A stretch of 64,000 bases of DNA from Octopus vulgaris (GCA_951406725.2 OX597828.1:64232001-64296000); one strand, 5' to 3'; counted from the stretch's first letter, positions 41,471 through 54,105 are shown. Numbers and translations are program-made. Notes: a model not told the origin generated them from the sequence alone.

Positions 41471-41812
41471 TATATATGAAAAAACAAGTCAGGATAGAAA
41501 ATGCTAAAATAATTTTATAAAGAACATTTCAGTACCTGTTTAAGTCATTGAGACCTTTTCAACTGTAATAATTAAATAATTAAATTTAGAAAAATTAAAA
41601 GAAAAGTTGTTTTTTTAAAAGAATATTTGTATAGTGTTCAAATATAAGTGGCATTTTCCTTGTTTCTGCCTTTCTCTGTCTCTCTTATTTACTCTTGTGG
41701 GTTCGAGGTCGTTGTGAATTCTTGGTAGGGAAGAAGAAGGAGGATGAGGAGGGGAAGGGGAGGAAGAAGACGAAGAATTTGGGAGTGCTTTGATATATGA
41801 CTATATGATTAT

Positions 41813-43470
41813 ATGACCCATTTCACAAGTAAAACCAGCCAAGTCTACGGTATTCCCAACATACACAAAAGTGAGAAAATAAGTAACGCATGCAAGATAG
41901 CCACAGACAAAATAATTAAAGTCCCTAATCCTAATGATCTCAAATTGAGACCTATAATAGCAGGTCCCACATGCGAAACCCACCGCCTCTGTAACTTTTT
42001 AGATACCCTCTTAAAACCACTCCTCAAACATGTCAAAAGCTATATCAGGGACGACCTGGATATGCTCAATCACCTGCCTAAAACAATAAACAAAAACACC
42101 CTACTAATATCCTTCGATGTAGTCAACCTCTATTCCAATATCCCCCACAACCTAGGAATAGAGGCAATTCAATTCTGGCTAGAGAATAACGCCAACGAAC
42201 TCCCACATCGCATCAAAAAAAGAATTCGTGAGGTTAAATTCATCCTGGAAAATAACTACTTCGCCTTCAAAGACAACTTCTACCGACAAAAATCGGGGAC
42301 TGCGATGTGTACGCGAATGGCCCCCTCCTTTGCCAACCTAGTCTTGGGATATCTAGAAATCAGTCTGTAACGTAAGGTTCTAGAAAGATATGGCAGCCCT
42401 TTCTCCCTCTACATAGAAAACAACTGGAAGAGATACCTAGATGACTGTTTCATTCTTTGGCATGAAAATATAGAGAAACCCAAAGAATTCCAAGCAATTT
42501 TAAATGGACTGGACATAATCATTCAATTCACGATGGAATATAGCCAGCAACAACTCCCCTTCCTCGACATCCTCATTAAGAAATCTAATAATGTAATAGA
42601 AACAGATATATACTATAAGCCTACGGATTCTAAGCAATATCTTCCTTTCAATTCATGCCACCCCAGACATACCAGAATGAATATCTCCTTCAATCTAGCA
42701 AAAAGGATATGTACTATAGTTTCTAATGCAAACACCAGAGACACACGACTACATGAACTAAAAGATACCCTCATCACCAGGAACTACCCACCTTCACTAA
42801 TTGACATATGCATTCAACTCAACATCCAGGAACTCAGACATCCCAAATTAAAGAAAAAATTACGACCAAAAGCCTTACCATACATTTCCACACACAACCC
42901 TCGCAACAATGAAGCCTTCGACACCATCCTCCAAAACATACCCCTGCTAAAAAAGGACCACAGAATGAACTTAATCCTCCAAAAACACACAAGATCATAA
43001 AAAGCAAGAGACAGCCCAAATCTATGAAAAGTTTCCTAACACAAGCCCGAATACGCTCATCAACACAGAAGCCGACAGTAAAAAATATGGCAGACCCAAT
43101 TGTGGGATATGCGATTATTTAATTGAGGGATCAGAGTTCTCCTTCAAAAGGGACAACGTTTCACAGTGAAAAGCAACTTCACATGTGCTTCGGAGAACCT
43201 GATATACACACTAACCTGCTCTGGGTGTCAAGAGCAATACATAGGCCAAACAAAAAATAGTTTACGTAAAAGAATGGCCCTGCACAGATCCCAGATAAAA
43301 ATTCTCCAAAACAGAAAAATAGCATTCAGCCAACACATAGATATTTGCGCCAACAACAAAACTCTAAACTTCAGGATTTTCCCCCTCTACCAATTCAGGG
43401 ACGATACAAACTGGAACCAATGAATTAGTAAAGAAACTCTCTTTATTACAAAATACAGACCCCTTCTGAA
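41813..43470 (+). pseudogene. Penelope-like RT plus GIY-YIG endonuclease, disrupted
   Basis: YGIPNIHK, LRPIIAG, LLISFDVVNLYSNIP, YRQKSGTAM, WKRYLDDCF, LPFLDILI, TDIYYKPTD, linker PNCGIC, CASENLIYTLTCSGCQEQYIGQT; stops and frameshifts. Confidence 0.92.
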
Positions 43471-44119
43471 CGCATCTACGACAAACGATATATCCACCTC
43501 GGCCTTAGAATAACACAAATACACACGCAAATACTACATTCCTAAGAATCCACTAAAAATCAGCCCCAATCACTGCTATAATCCATAACGTGCCAACTTT
43601 AAGTCATCCAACACCTCACTACTTTCACTCATATTCTCCCTTCTCTTTCTTCATCATCATCATCATCATGATCTTCTTCTTCTTCTTCTTCTTCTTCTTC
43701 TTCTTCTTCTTCTTCTTCTTCTTCTTCTCCCCCTTTTCCTTCCTTCTTCCTAACTTTATCACTAATGCTTTTTAGTATAACACCTACGCAAATTCTATAA
43801 ACAAACTTTCAATAGAAATATTTTCATGAATTGAACAGCAACTGCTAGCCTCCACTGACCATTCAAAATACCACAATCAAGGCACTCCCAAATTCTTCGT
43901 CTTCTTCCTCCCCTTCTCTTCCTCCTCCTCCTCCTCCTCCTCCTCCTTATTCTTCTTCCCTACCAAGAATTCACAACGACCTCGAACCCACAAGAGTAAA
44001 CAAGAGAGACAGAGAAAGGCAGAAACAAGGAAAATGCCACTTATATTTGAACACTATACAAATATTCTTTTAAAAAAACTTTTCATTTAATTTTTCTAAA
44101 TTTAATTATTTAATTGTTA

Positions 44120-44155
44120 CAGTTGAAAAGGTCTCAATGACTGAAACCGGTATTG
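44120..44155 (+). ncRNA. Minimal hammerhead in the pLTR with U3-A8 core variant
   Basis: CAG-TTGAAAA-GGTC-tcaat-GACT-GAAAC-CG-GTA-TTG; copies at 1487-1522 and 41530-41565 (minus). Confidence 0.6.
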
Positions 44156-44250
44156 AAATGTTCTTTATAAAATTATTTTAACATTTTCTATCCTGACTTC
44201 TTTTTTCATATATATCAACTCGTGTGTTCCTTTTCATCCATATACATATG

Positions 44251-44334
<84 letters not shown>

Positions 44335-44341
44335 CATACAA

Positions 44342-45382
44342 TGTACTGTACCGTGATAGAAAATTCAACAAAAAATGTACTCCATCAGGTGAGAGATAAA
44401 TATTATTTATTTAAAGGACTCAATACATGTCTTTAAGTGCTACAAAATTTCCATATGTTGAGAAATATTTCAAACATATTCATCAGACACAAACCACATA
44501 TAACAAGCTTGAAAAATTGAAGAAGAGAAGAAACGCGAAAAAACTCAGGAGTCAGCATTTAGAAAACACGAAAGAGTAAAAAAAAGCAACGGAAAACGAA
44601 AACAAAAAAGCTAAAATGTAAAAAGAAAAAAAATGGAAGAAGAGTTATCTTCCTTAAACCTTAAATTACAAGGCTGGAAAGATATCAACAAGTTAGTAAG
44701 GGATAGGCAGAATTTTCCAATTCTTCAAAATATATTTATACATATGCTTGCAACCGCTGAAAATTTCAGGCCTAGACTTCAATAGAGAGTACGGGTTCTT
44801 AGATCTGAACAGGATCTTTCAATCAAACAAATTTATCCAATCCATTCACATAACATGGATTTTTCAATTACTTTGCATTTAATGACATGTGAGTGTTGCG
44901 TTAGATTTCAAACTCCATACGTAGCTAGACAACTTAGTAGCTTTGCTTTTGTCCTTATATCGGAAAGAGGCTATGTGATTGGCATAGCAATTTTTAAATT
45001 CTCCTTCACATAAACCAATATAGGCCTTCTTATCGGTTGTATTATTATTTAGGGTTGCTGTAAATTCTGCCTCAAATATGATAGATTTAATCATACATCG
45101 TTGGTCAAATAGACAGGATCCTGGGTGGAGACTGTTACAACTAGATTTAGTTCTCTTGGTATTGACCTCATGTGACGATACTCTTCATATTGGGACAGCA
45201 ACTATATGGTAATGTCACAGAAAGCCTATTAAATATTTCCCTGTATTTGTGAGTTGCTGGAAAGTGTTTGTCTAGGAGTGACAGGGATCTTTTACCAATG
45301 TTAGCTTTTATATTAAGGGAAAAGGAACAGGCGAACCAAATTATTTTCCTTGGCCTATTTTTAGGCCTATTATTATTATTAC

Positions 45383-45423
<41 letters not shown>

Positions 45424-45545
45424 GAGGGATTATACATTAATTTAATTTATCTTCGAAGCCCCTATTGGTTAGGGCATTGTTAGGAGCTGCTTCCCCAAAA
45501 ATTTATTTAGAGGAAGAGAATTTAGACATTCTGTTACTAATATCA
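44342..45545 (-). mobile_element. 3' part of a Naiad-like Penelope element, decayed
   Basis: RPRKIIWF...NIGKRSLSLLDKHFPATHKYREIFNR...YSCCPNM; AYIGLCEGEFKNCYANHIASF...ATKLSSYVWSLK; SLLKSRPEIFSGCKH. Clade call is from recalled motifs. Confidence 0.8.
44437..44490 (-). ncRNA. Hammerhead motif in the 3' region of the Naiad-like element
   Basis: Minus strand: GTGT-CTGATGA-ATATGTT...AACATATG-GAAA-TTTT-GTA-GCAC. Confidence 0.55.
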
Positions 45546-45591
45546 AATATCACTTTATACACACACACATATATATATATATTCTTATGTT

Positions 45592-45982
45592 CTTTTACTC
45601 TTTGACTTGTTTTAGTTATTAGATTGAGGCATTTCTTTGCAGACTTTTTAGTCGAACGAATTGACCGCAGGGATTATTTCTTGTTAAGCCTGGTACTTAG
45701 TCTATCAGGTCCCTTTTGCCGAAATGCTAAGTTATGGGAACGTAAACACACCGGCTGTCAAGCGGTGAGTGGGTGGAAAAACACAGACACAACGACATAC
45801 ATTTATACATACATGCATACATACGACGGGGTTTTTTCAGTTTCCGACTATCCAAATCCACTCACGCGGCTTTGATCGGTTTGAGTCTATAGTAGAAGAC
45901 ACTTGCGCAATGTGCCACGCAATGGGACTGAACCCGGGACTATGTAGTTGGGAAGCAAGTTTCTTACCACACAGCAACGTGC
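45592..45982 (-). mobile_element. Full-length SINE family A
   Basis: Colinear reverse complement of 8804-9280. Confidence 0.85.
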
Positions 45983-46007
45983 AGACGTGGCCGCGTGGTA
46001 CCAATAT

Positions 46008-46076
46008 ATAGATAGATAGGTAGGTAGATAGACAGATAGACAGGTAGATAGGTAGATAGATAGATAGATAGATAGG

Positions 46077-46159
<83 letters not shown>

Positions 46160-46362
46160 GTAAATAGATAGGTAGGTAGATGTGTAGGTAGGTATGTTTG
46201 TAGGTAGGTAGATATGTATGTATGTATGTATGTATGTAGGTAGGTAGGTAGGTAGGTAGGTAGATCGGTAGGTAGATAGGTAGGAAGGTAGGTAGGTAGG
46301 ATAGGTAGATAGAGATAGATAGATAGATAAGTAGATAGATAGATAAGTAGATAGATAGATAA

Positions 46363-46430
<68 letters not shown>
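46008..46430. repeat. Compound (GATA)n/(GGTA)n microsatellite
   Basis: Seen directly. Confidence 0.95.
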
Positions 46431-46431
<1 letters not shown>

Positions 46432-46544
46432 AATATGCATGTGTGAATAAATACATCACTTTGTCTTGTTCAACTTGCATGAATAACGCATTGACAGGTG
46501 GCGATGGTATCCATGGATAAGAATGAAATATATTTTTAAAATAT

Positions 46545-46962
46545 TGATTTCAAATTTTGGTACAAGTCCAGCAATTCGGTGGGTGGAGGTAAGTGAATCA
46601 CATCGGCCCCAGTAGTCAACTGGTACCTATTTAAATTGGCTCCGAAATAATAAAGCGAAGTCGACTTTGGTGGAATTTGAAATCAGAACGTAAACTTAAC
46701 GAAATGCTGCTAACTATTTTGCCCCTGTACTAACAATTCTGTCAGTTCGCCGTCTTAATATATATCGATAATATTGATCTGACTATAAGGAGGCGATCTG
46801 GCAGATTCGCTAGCTTGCAGCAGCATTTCGTCCATTTTTGCATTCTGAGTTCAAATCCCGACGTTGCCTTTCGGCTCGATAAAATAAATGCCAGTTGAGC
46901 ACTGGGGTCGATGTAATCGACTTTCCCACCCCTGCACGTCTTGGATCAATATTTGAAACTTA
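46545..46962. mobile_element. Second head-to-head pair of SINE family B
   Basis: Minus copy ~46545-46757 and plus copy ~46788-46962. Confidence 0.7.
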
Positions 46963-47065
46963 TATTGATCCTGACTATGACACCAATTTTCGCCTTTAAA
47001 CATTTCTTCAAAAATACAAATATATTAAAGCTGTCAAGACTGTTTCTTTTATAAAATACAGTATT

Positions 47066-47130
<65 letters not shown>

Positions 47131-47217
47131 GTGTAATATATTTACCAATCTACATCCACAAGTATACATGCACATATCACGTATGTATATATCTATCTGT
47201 CTCTCTCTATATATTAT

Positions 47218-47662
47218 ATTAGGGTGAGATGGACAACGAAAACCAATGCAGGACGAGTATTTCAAGTCATATAGAATCATTTAATTAGGGTAACATTGAA
47301 GTCTTACAGTTGTTTCTGAGATATCCCAAGTGATAGGCTAGCATGTCCGTACGCTGGGTATTCCATCATCAGAGTCAAGGTGAGTATGTAAGAAAGTGTA
47401 CGGACATGTTAGCCTATCATTTAGAAATCCCAGAAACAGCTATAACACTCCAAATCTACCCTGATTCTATATGATTTGAGATATTCGTCCTGCCTTGGTT
47501 TTTGTTGTCATTTTCCTCTAATATAAAATATACCTGATAACACAGAAGCCTAATACGGATACCTACCTCCAACCTCAGCTGTGAACTTCGACCAATTATA
47601 GCACTTACTCAGCGTACCTATTAATTTACATTACCAGTGAACTAAACCTCTCATATTCTTTA
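47218..47662. mobile_element. Fold-back pLTR-like element with HHR and 3' tail
   Basis: Diverged arms ~47218-47355 and ~47397-47525; minus-strand CTGATGA-TGG...CA-GAAAC-AACT-GTA-AGAC at 47301-47376; tail resembles 38340-38490. Confidence 0.7.
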
Positions 47663-47665
47663 TAT

Positions 47666-49307
47666 GTTAGTTAGTTAATTTTTTGGCTCAAAAAGCAAAA
47701 TAGCAAGGCCATGTAGGGGGACATGGAGTTATGTACAGGGTGGTGTTCATGTAAAGAGTTCAGGCCACTTGTGGTCAAGGGAGACTTTGAACCGAGCGGT
47801 CGTCAGCATCTTCTCAATCTCGTCCGGCAGCTTAATCCACGGATCCGCAACCCGGACGGAGAAAGCACCTCTCCTTCGATTGAGATGAAATCGTCGCAGA
47901 TAGAGCTTTACGGAATGACCCCGCAGCCGACGCTCTGGAGCAGGAGTGAAGAACAGCTCCTTCGAGAGGTTACACTTTCTGCTTATGATGTTGTGAGCAA
48001 GAATGAGATCACCACGGTGTCGTCGTTTTTCTAGAGAATAAAGGTCGAGCGTCTTCAGCCTTTCTTCATAAGACAAATTCTTGAGACCAAGAACCATGCG
48101 AGTAGCCAGCTTCTGGACTCTTTCGAGATGCTGTATGTCTTTGAGGAGATAAGGAGAAGAGGCTTGAATCCCGTACTCCAATATGGGTCTCACCAGCGTG
48201 ACATAGAGCGGTAGGAATATGGCTGCTGTGAGCATTCCGAATGACCATCGAATCAAGAACAGAACTCCGCGTGCTTTGTTGGCAGCATGGACGCACTGGG
48301 CCGAAGGCGAAAAGGAGGAATCCACCAAGATACCCAGGTCCTTTACCTGATCGGTCCTCTCCAGCAGCAGATGACCCGGCTCGAAATCAAGTTGAGTTGC
48401 AGGAGGAGAGCCAACAGGCAGATGACAGCACTTTGACACGTTCAGACACAGGTCCCATTCGTTAGACCATCTCCAAATTTGGTGGAGGCATCGACGAAGA
48501 TCCTCTGTATCACCGCGAGGAGCGACCAGCTTGACATCGTCGGCAAATAGAAGGGTGTGTTGCGTGAGGTCGTCGGGCAAGTCATTTATGAAGACTAAGA
48601 ACAATAAGGGCCCAAGCACTGAACCTTGAGGCACGCCACTGCTCGCACTGGAGACGTCGGACCGCGAACCATTAACTTGGACTTGGAAGGAGCGATCTGA
48701 GAGGAAGGCACCAACCCATCGTACAATATCCGGATGGAAACTATATGCTTGAAGCTTGACAAGTAATAGGTGGTGGTTTACCGAGTCAAAAGCTTTGGCA
48801 AAGTCCAATAAAACGATGTGAACAGCATCACTATCATCGAGGATGCGCGTCACCAATTCTTCCATTACCAGTAAGTTGGTCAAGCATGATCTCTTCGGCA
48901 CGAAGCCGTGTTGGGAATCAGAGATAGAGGCTGTGTTTTGGAGGTGGAGCATCATACTTTTCTTAAGGATGGTTTCGAACATCTTGCTGATTATTGATGT
49001 AAGGGAAACCGGTCGGTAGTTAAGCGGGTCTTCGCGGCTCCCTTTCTTGAAAATTGGGCAGATTATCGCTGTCTCCAGTCCGCAGGTATAACACCCGTCG
49101 CCAATGACATATTGAATAGACGTGTTAAGGGCTCGCAGATGACCGGAGCCAACGCTTTGATAACCCGTGGGTGTATGCCGTCAGGACCGTGACCCTTGTT
49201 GACATCGAGGCCTTGAATAACGCGTTCGACTTCGTCCCGGGTGATGACCAATCGAAGCATTGGAGGTACCGATCTATCAAATGGAGGGGGTTCACGACCA
49301 TCATCTT
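47666..49307 (-). mobile_element. 5'-truncated young CR1-group LINE with short 3' UTR and (TAAC)n tail
   Basis: Visibly GC-richer than its flanks; GPDGIHPRVIK upstream of one frameshift near 49065; tail TTAACTAACTAAC. Confidence 0.93.
47747..48982 (-). CDS. LINE reverse transcriptase, open frame of 411 aa (N-terminally incomplete)
   Basis: QHGFVPKRSCLTNL, LLDFAKAFDSVNH, SGVPQGSVLGPLLFLVFINDLP, LFADDVKL, RLRGHSVKL. Confidence 0.9.
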   Translation of the reverse strand: MFETILKKSMMLHLQNTASISDSQHGFVPKRSCLTNLLVMEELVTRILDDSDAVHIVLLDFAKAFDSVNHHLLLVKLQAYSFHPDIVRWVGAFLSDRSFQVQVNGSRSDVSSASSGVPQGSVLGPLLFLVFINDLPDDLTQHTLLFADDVKLVAPRGDTEDLRRCLHQIWRWSNEWDLCLNVSKCCHLPVGSPPATQLDFEPGHLLLERTDQVKDLGILVDSSFSPSAQCVHAANKARGVLFLIRWSFGMLTAAIFLPLYVTLVRPILEYGIQASSPYLLKDIQHLERVQKLATRMVLGLKNLSYEERLKTLDLYSLEKRRHRGDLILAHNIISRKCNLSKELFFTPAPERRLRGHSVKLYLRRFHLNRRRGAFSVRVADPWIKLPDEIEKMLTTARFKVSLDHKWPELFT

Positions 49308-49335
49308 TGTATATATATATATATATATATATACA

Positions 49336-49910
49336 CTAGCTGACGTACCCGGTAATTCCCGGGATAGCTGCGCTTATCCCTTGTTTCCATTATTATAATT
49401 GCTTCGCTAATCAGATATGAGATAATAACAATTCAAAGTAAATAACTCTGAAAAGTGCTTTTGGCTTTTGTGCGTTCCCAGAGAATATTACTCTCAGCGG
49501 CGCTAGTGTTGGTATAATCGTGAATAAGTCACTAACCGAAATAAGTGGATCTATTGTTTAGGAAAATACTATTTACTTGTCTAAAGGTTGTACTGGATAA
49601 ATTGCGAAAATAACTTGAATAGTTCAAATACTAAGAAATAAGAATACTCAATTTGATTTATACCAGATGATTGAGGAAAGTGAATGGGTTATTTCCCTTG
49701 GCTGTTACAATGAAATATATTAGATATATATAAGGATCCCTTCCAGGGGCCCTATTATCAATTTTTTCAACTATCTGAGTATGGCGTGACGTTTCTAGGC
49801 ATGAGTTCTACTCACGTATCAAGTTTCATCAAAATCAATAAAACGATGTAGGAGTTAGCTAACAACTCCACAAACTCACCCACAGGCAGAATTTCCCACA
49901 TAGGTAATGT
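49336..49910 (-). mobile_element. Non-autonomous Helitron-like element
   Basis: Minus-strand 3' end CCCGGgaattaCCGGG hairpin, then TACGTCAGCTAG|T; 5' boundary approximate. Confidence 0.6.
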
Positions 49911-50150
49911 ATGTATATATATATATGTGCATATATGTGTGTATACATATATATTGGCGCAAATAGTAAAACAATCTAAAAGATAACAAATGACAATTTA
50001 GCCTGCATCAGCTCACTCACTCTCAATAAGTATTGTAGAAGTTTCGGCTCACAGAAAGACATACATTCACACGCATTTATATATAGACATATACATACAC
50101 ACACATGCATATGTGTGTGCGTGCGTGTGTTCGTGTGTGTGTGTGTCTGT

Positions 50151-51165
50151 GTTAAATAAAACGAGACAACAAAGCCAAGGCAGTGTGAAATTTCTAGGAC
50201 ATTTAGAAAGAGAAAGGTAGTCTTAAAACTGTTTCAGGGATATGAAGGTTATCCCTTTATCGGAGACGATATGAGAACGTGAATGAGAAGGAAATAGCAG
50301 AGTTCAGTGTAAGAAGTCGTTTTGAAAAAGGGAGAGAAATGTAGGAAGCATATAGGGAAATAAGAGAATAAAAGTGTATGTTGGATGTTACAGTTGCAAC
50401 TATGACATCCAGCATACATTTTTATTCTCTTACTAGCAGTATCGCACGGCGTTGCTCGGGTTTGTAAGGGAAATAACTATATAAGCATTTTTAGATAGTT
50501 ATAGCCAAAGAATAGCAAAAAAATGCATTAAAAATGGGAAAAAAATGATGGTAAATTCTTTTTTAAATTGTTGACTCATCGTAGGCATTTTTAGAGAGTT
50601 ACTTCCCTTATATAATAGCGAAAAATGAATTAAAATGGAAAAAAATGATGGTAAATTTTTTTTTAAATCGTAGACTCAACGTAGACGCGCGCTAATACCC
50701 AGAAGGACTCGATATGAATCACGACTATAAGATACCCAGTTTTGGTTAAACTGCACCGCAAAATGTGGGAGTAGTTAGGAATCTAAATCGTAGGAGACAG
50801 GCAGCACACAACCTTACTTTTATATATAAAGATTTCCCTTTACGCTTCCTACATTTCTCTCCCTTTTTCAAAATGACTTCTTACACTGAACTCTGCTATT
50901 TCCTTCTCATTCACTTTCTCATATCGTCTCCGATAAAGGGATAACCTTCATATCCCTGAAACAGTTTTAAGACTGCCTTTCTCTTTCTAAATGTCCTAGA
51001 AATTTCACACTACCTTGGCTTTGTTGTCTCGTTTTATTTAACATTCTCACACACGACCCGCATTAGGCCCCCTCACTCATACTATTATAGAACCGGGAGT
51101 CTAACTATAGTCCTTCCGTATCACTTATATAGCCTTCTTGGTCTTCTGGATACCAAACCCCGCTT
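50151..51165 (+). mobile_element. Fold-back pLTR-like palindrome (~245-bp arms) with mirrored HHR-like motifs, interrupted by a Helitron
   Basis: Centre AGTTGCAACT at 50392-50401; right arm 50397-50432 plus 50833-51042; motifs GTCT-CCGATAA-AGGGATA...TATCCCT-GAAAC-AGTT-TTA-AGAC at 50926-50973 and 50220-50267 (minus). Confidence 0.85.
50433..50832 (-). mobile_element. Non-autonomous Helitron
   Basis: 5' TC, 3' hairpin followed by CTAG, inserted between A and T with no TSD; empty site is shown by the other palindrome arm. Confidence 0.9.
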
Positions 51166-53266
51166 TCTCTCTCTATCTCTCTCTCGGTGGATAGATAGAT
51201 ACACATTCAAAGACGCTAATTAGGATAAAGGATGGTAGAGTTGCGTCCGTTATGGTTGCGGTTTGAGGCGTTGGTGGTAGTGATGGTTGTGTTCGTGTTA
51301 CAGTGTATAGTGTGGGGTGTGGTGATGTGGTGGTGGGGGTGGGGGTGGTGGTAGAGTGCTTCTATCGCTATTAATGATTGAACTGGTGTGGTGTCGTTGT
51401 TGGTTCTATAGTGTTGGTCATATTGTTGGTAGTCATGTTCGACTGGTGTATAATGGGGGTGGGGGAACTAGTTAGATACAGCTGTGATATATTGTCGAGT
51501 GGGCCGATGGTGTGTGAAATGTGTGTGTGTGTGCAATGTGTGTCTAATGTGTGCGATGTGTGTATGAGGTGGCGTTAGATGAAGTGGTTGGTGTTTGATA
51601 ATGGTGTGAGTGGAGGGAGGATGAACACTCGAGAGGGAAAATGGCGACGGTGCTGTTGGTGTTGGTCTTGTGGGGATGGTGGTGGTGGTGATGTTGATAA
51701 TAGTGTGGTGATGGTGATGGTGGTCCTGATATTGGGGCGGCAGCGGCGGTGGTGGTGGTGATGGTAACGATTGTGATGGTGTTGATGATGATGATGATGC
51801 TACTGTTGGTTTTAATGGTGGTGGTGGTGGTGGGATCTTGATGGTTGTTATGGTAGTGATGGTGGTGTGAATGGTAATGTAGTGGTGGTGGTGGTGGTGG
51901 TGGTGGTGAACGTAATTGTTATACCAGTTGTGTTGGTGGAAGTGGATGTGGGTAACGCTGTTAGTAGTTGTGCCTTTGTTGGTGGCGGTGGTGGTGAAGT
52001 GTTAGTTGTATTAGTGGTGGCGGGTGAAGGGGTAGAGGGTGAAGGGGCTGGTAAAGTCGGTGTTAGTTTACCGAGAGGCAGGGGTGGGGGTCAGGGTGTG
52101 TCGAGTTGAGTTATATGGAAAGAGGGCGGCGATTGAGGGGAAGAAGAAGGGGCGGGGTAAGTGGGAGGCAGAAGAGGAATGGACACGGTTTGGTCGTGAC
52201 TCCGATTACTTTGTGGTCAAACCGTGGGAGTGATGGCAATAAATAAATGAATAGCAAAACAATAGAGCAACAACAATAACGATAACAATAACCGGCAGCA
52301 ACAACGTGAACAAGAACAACGTCAGCAGCAGCAATGACAAAAACAATAACACCACCATCACCACCACCACCAACGGCAACTCTGTTACAAAAACGTAACA
52401 AGTCAACAAAGAAGATTCTACTTGGTCCCTCGATCTGATAGATAAAACAGCTAAATCTTCCTAAAATAGAGGATATACCAAATAATGTAGCGCTGTAAAG
52501 CTATAAAAATACGAGAAGGGCATGGTTGGAATGCCTTTGATGGTTTACCTTCGATGAAACACAACAAAAATATAGCCGTCACTCACGAGCGAGTGTGGGT
52601 TGGTAAGCTATACCATGCTTTCACTGATTGTTTTTCGGTAGCTGTCCTAAACAAAGTCCTCTGGACTCTCCCAGCTCGTACTCAGCTGCAAATGAGGGAT
52701 GCAACGGTTGGAGGAGAAAGGGAGTGGCCCCAGGTCTAGGCTGGTACTCAGCCATTGCTGAGCAGACTGGAGCAACGAACTGCGTAGAATGAACTACCTT
52801 CTCCGGAGACATCGTCCCACCTTGCCCCTCTCAGAACCGACGACCTTATAATCGCGAGACCAAGACCCTAACTTTTAGGTCACGTGTCCTTACAATATGA
52901 CTAAGAAATAAAAAAACAACAACAAAAACATCGACAAAGACAACAACAAATACAACCACGTTAACAATAACGTCACTGCGATGGTGACCATGACAACGAT
53001 GATGATGGCGGCGGCGACAAGGACAACGATGTGACAACGACATTAATAGTAACGACGTCGAGTATAAGGACGGCGATGACGACGGTGATGAGGACGATGA
53101 CAAGGAAGACCGTAACGAAAAGGTCGACGATGACGGCCTTAATGATAACAACGACGACAGCAAAGACAGTGACAATGAGAACGACGACAACGAAGACGAC
53201 TCTATACCGAGAGCCTATCAATCCTTAACCAAATATCTGGGGAGAGAACCTCAATATTATTAAGAA

Positions 53267-53663
53267 CTAGCAGTATCGCCCGGCGTTGCTCGGGTTTGTA
53301 AGGGAAATAACTATATAAGCATTTTTAGAGATGTAAAGTATAATAGCCATCTCAATATGGCTAACCACAAAGTGGGGGGTGTTACAGTAGCTTTTTACGT
53401 TCTGAGATTTAATAATAATTTTTTAGAGAGTTACTTCCCTTATATATGCCAAAAATGCATTAAAAATGAGAAAAATTGATGGTAATTTTTTTTTTAAATC
53501 GTAGACTCATCGTAGACGCGCGCTAATACCCAGAAGGGATCGATATGAATCACGACTATAAGATACCCGGTTTTGGTTAAACAGCACCGCAAAATGTGGG
53601 AGTAGTTAGGAATCTAAATCGTAGGAGACAGACAGCACACAACCTCACTTTTATATATAAAGA
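53267..53663 (-). mobile_element. Non-autonomous Helitron, same family as 50433-50832
   Basis: A|TCTTTATATATAAAAG...CCCGAGCAACGCCGGGCGATACTGCTAG|T. Confidence 0.9.
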
Positions 53664-53723
53664 TATAATATGAAATATCTTGTTCTATTATAATGTATTA
53701 TAATATATTATAATATATTATAA

Positions 53724-54105
53724 TCTCTCTATATATAAAGCTGAAGTTGTCTGTGTATGGCTGGTTTGGTAGCCGTCAACTAACATTATCTCCTCCAAGA
53801 CCCTGCGGCACAAGTTGACCAAAATTGGGAGTATGATAGAAGAAGGCTTGCTCTTCCTTCAGTAGCAGAAAAAATTCAAATCGGAGCATGTTAGCACCAA
53901 AAATTATTTACATCAAAAAGGTGCTTTTTTTCTATGAAAATCCCTATCTTTTACGATTTTTTTTACTGCTATGTTGGCATTTTTCGGTGTATTTCAACCA
54001 GAAAAATGTTCACTTATAGAGAATAACAAGCTACATAATGCAAAATATTTACTTTTCAAAAATTCCAATTCTAAAGGGTCGAAACAAACCCGGCGATACT
54101 GCTAG
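53724..54105 (+). mobile_element. Non-autonomous Helitron with different body, shared termini
   Basis: A|TCTCTCTATATATAAAG...AAACCCGGCGATACTGCTAG|T (hairpin partly deleted). Confidence 0.8.

Larger units (their letters stand above)
41478..44240 (+). mobile_element. 5'-truncated Penelope-like retroelement (Neptune-like) with inverted upstream pLTR
   Basis: 41478-41794 is the inverted copy of 43876-44207; short 3' tail; (TA)n flanks; RT and GIY-YIG coding remnants between the repeats. Confidence 0.93.

Noticed and set aside
45168-45170. In-frame TGA in the Naiad-like ORF as possible selenocysteine
   Set aside because: It is not at a Cys column and the homologous sequence resumes in another frame, indicating a deletion junction.
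51230-53230. ORFs rich in Val/Gly/Thr/Ser (also 58400-59570)
   Set aside because: Degenerate (GGT)n, (GAC)n and (ACC)n simple repeats with no coding signal.
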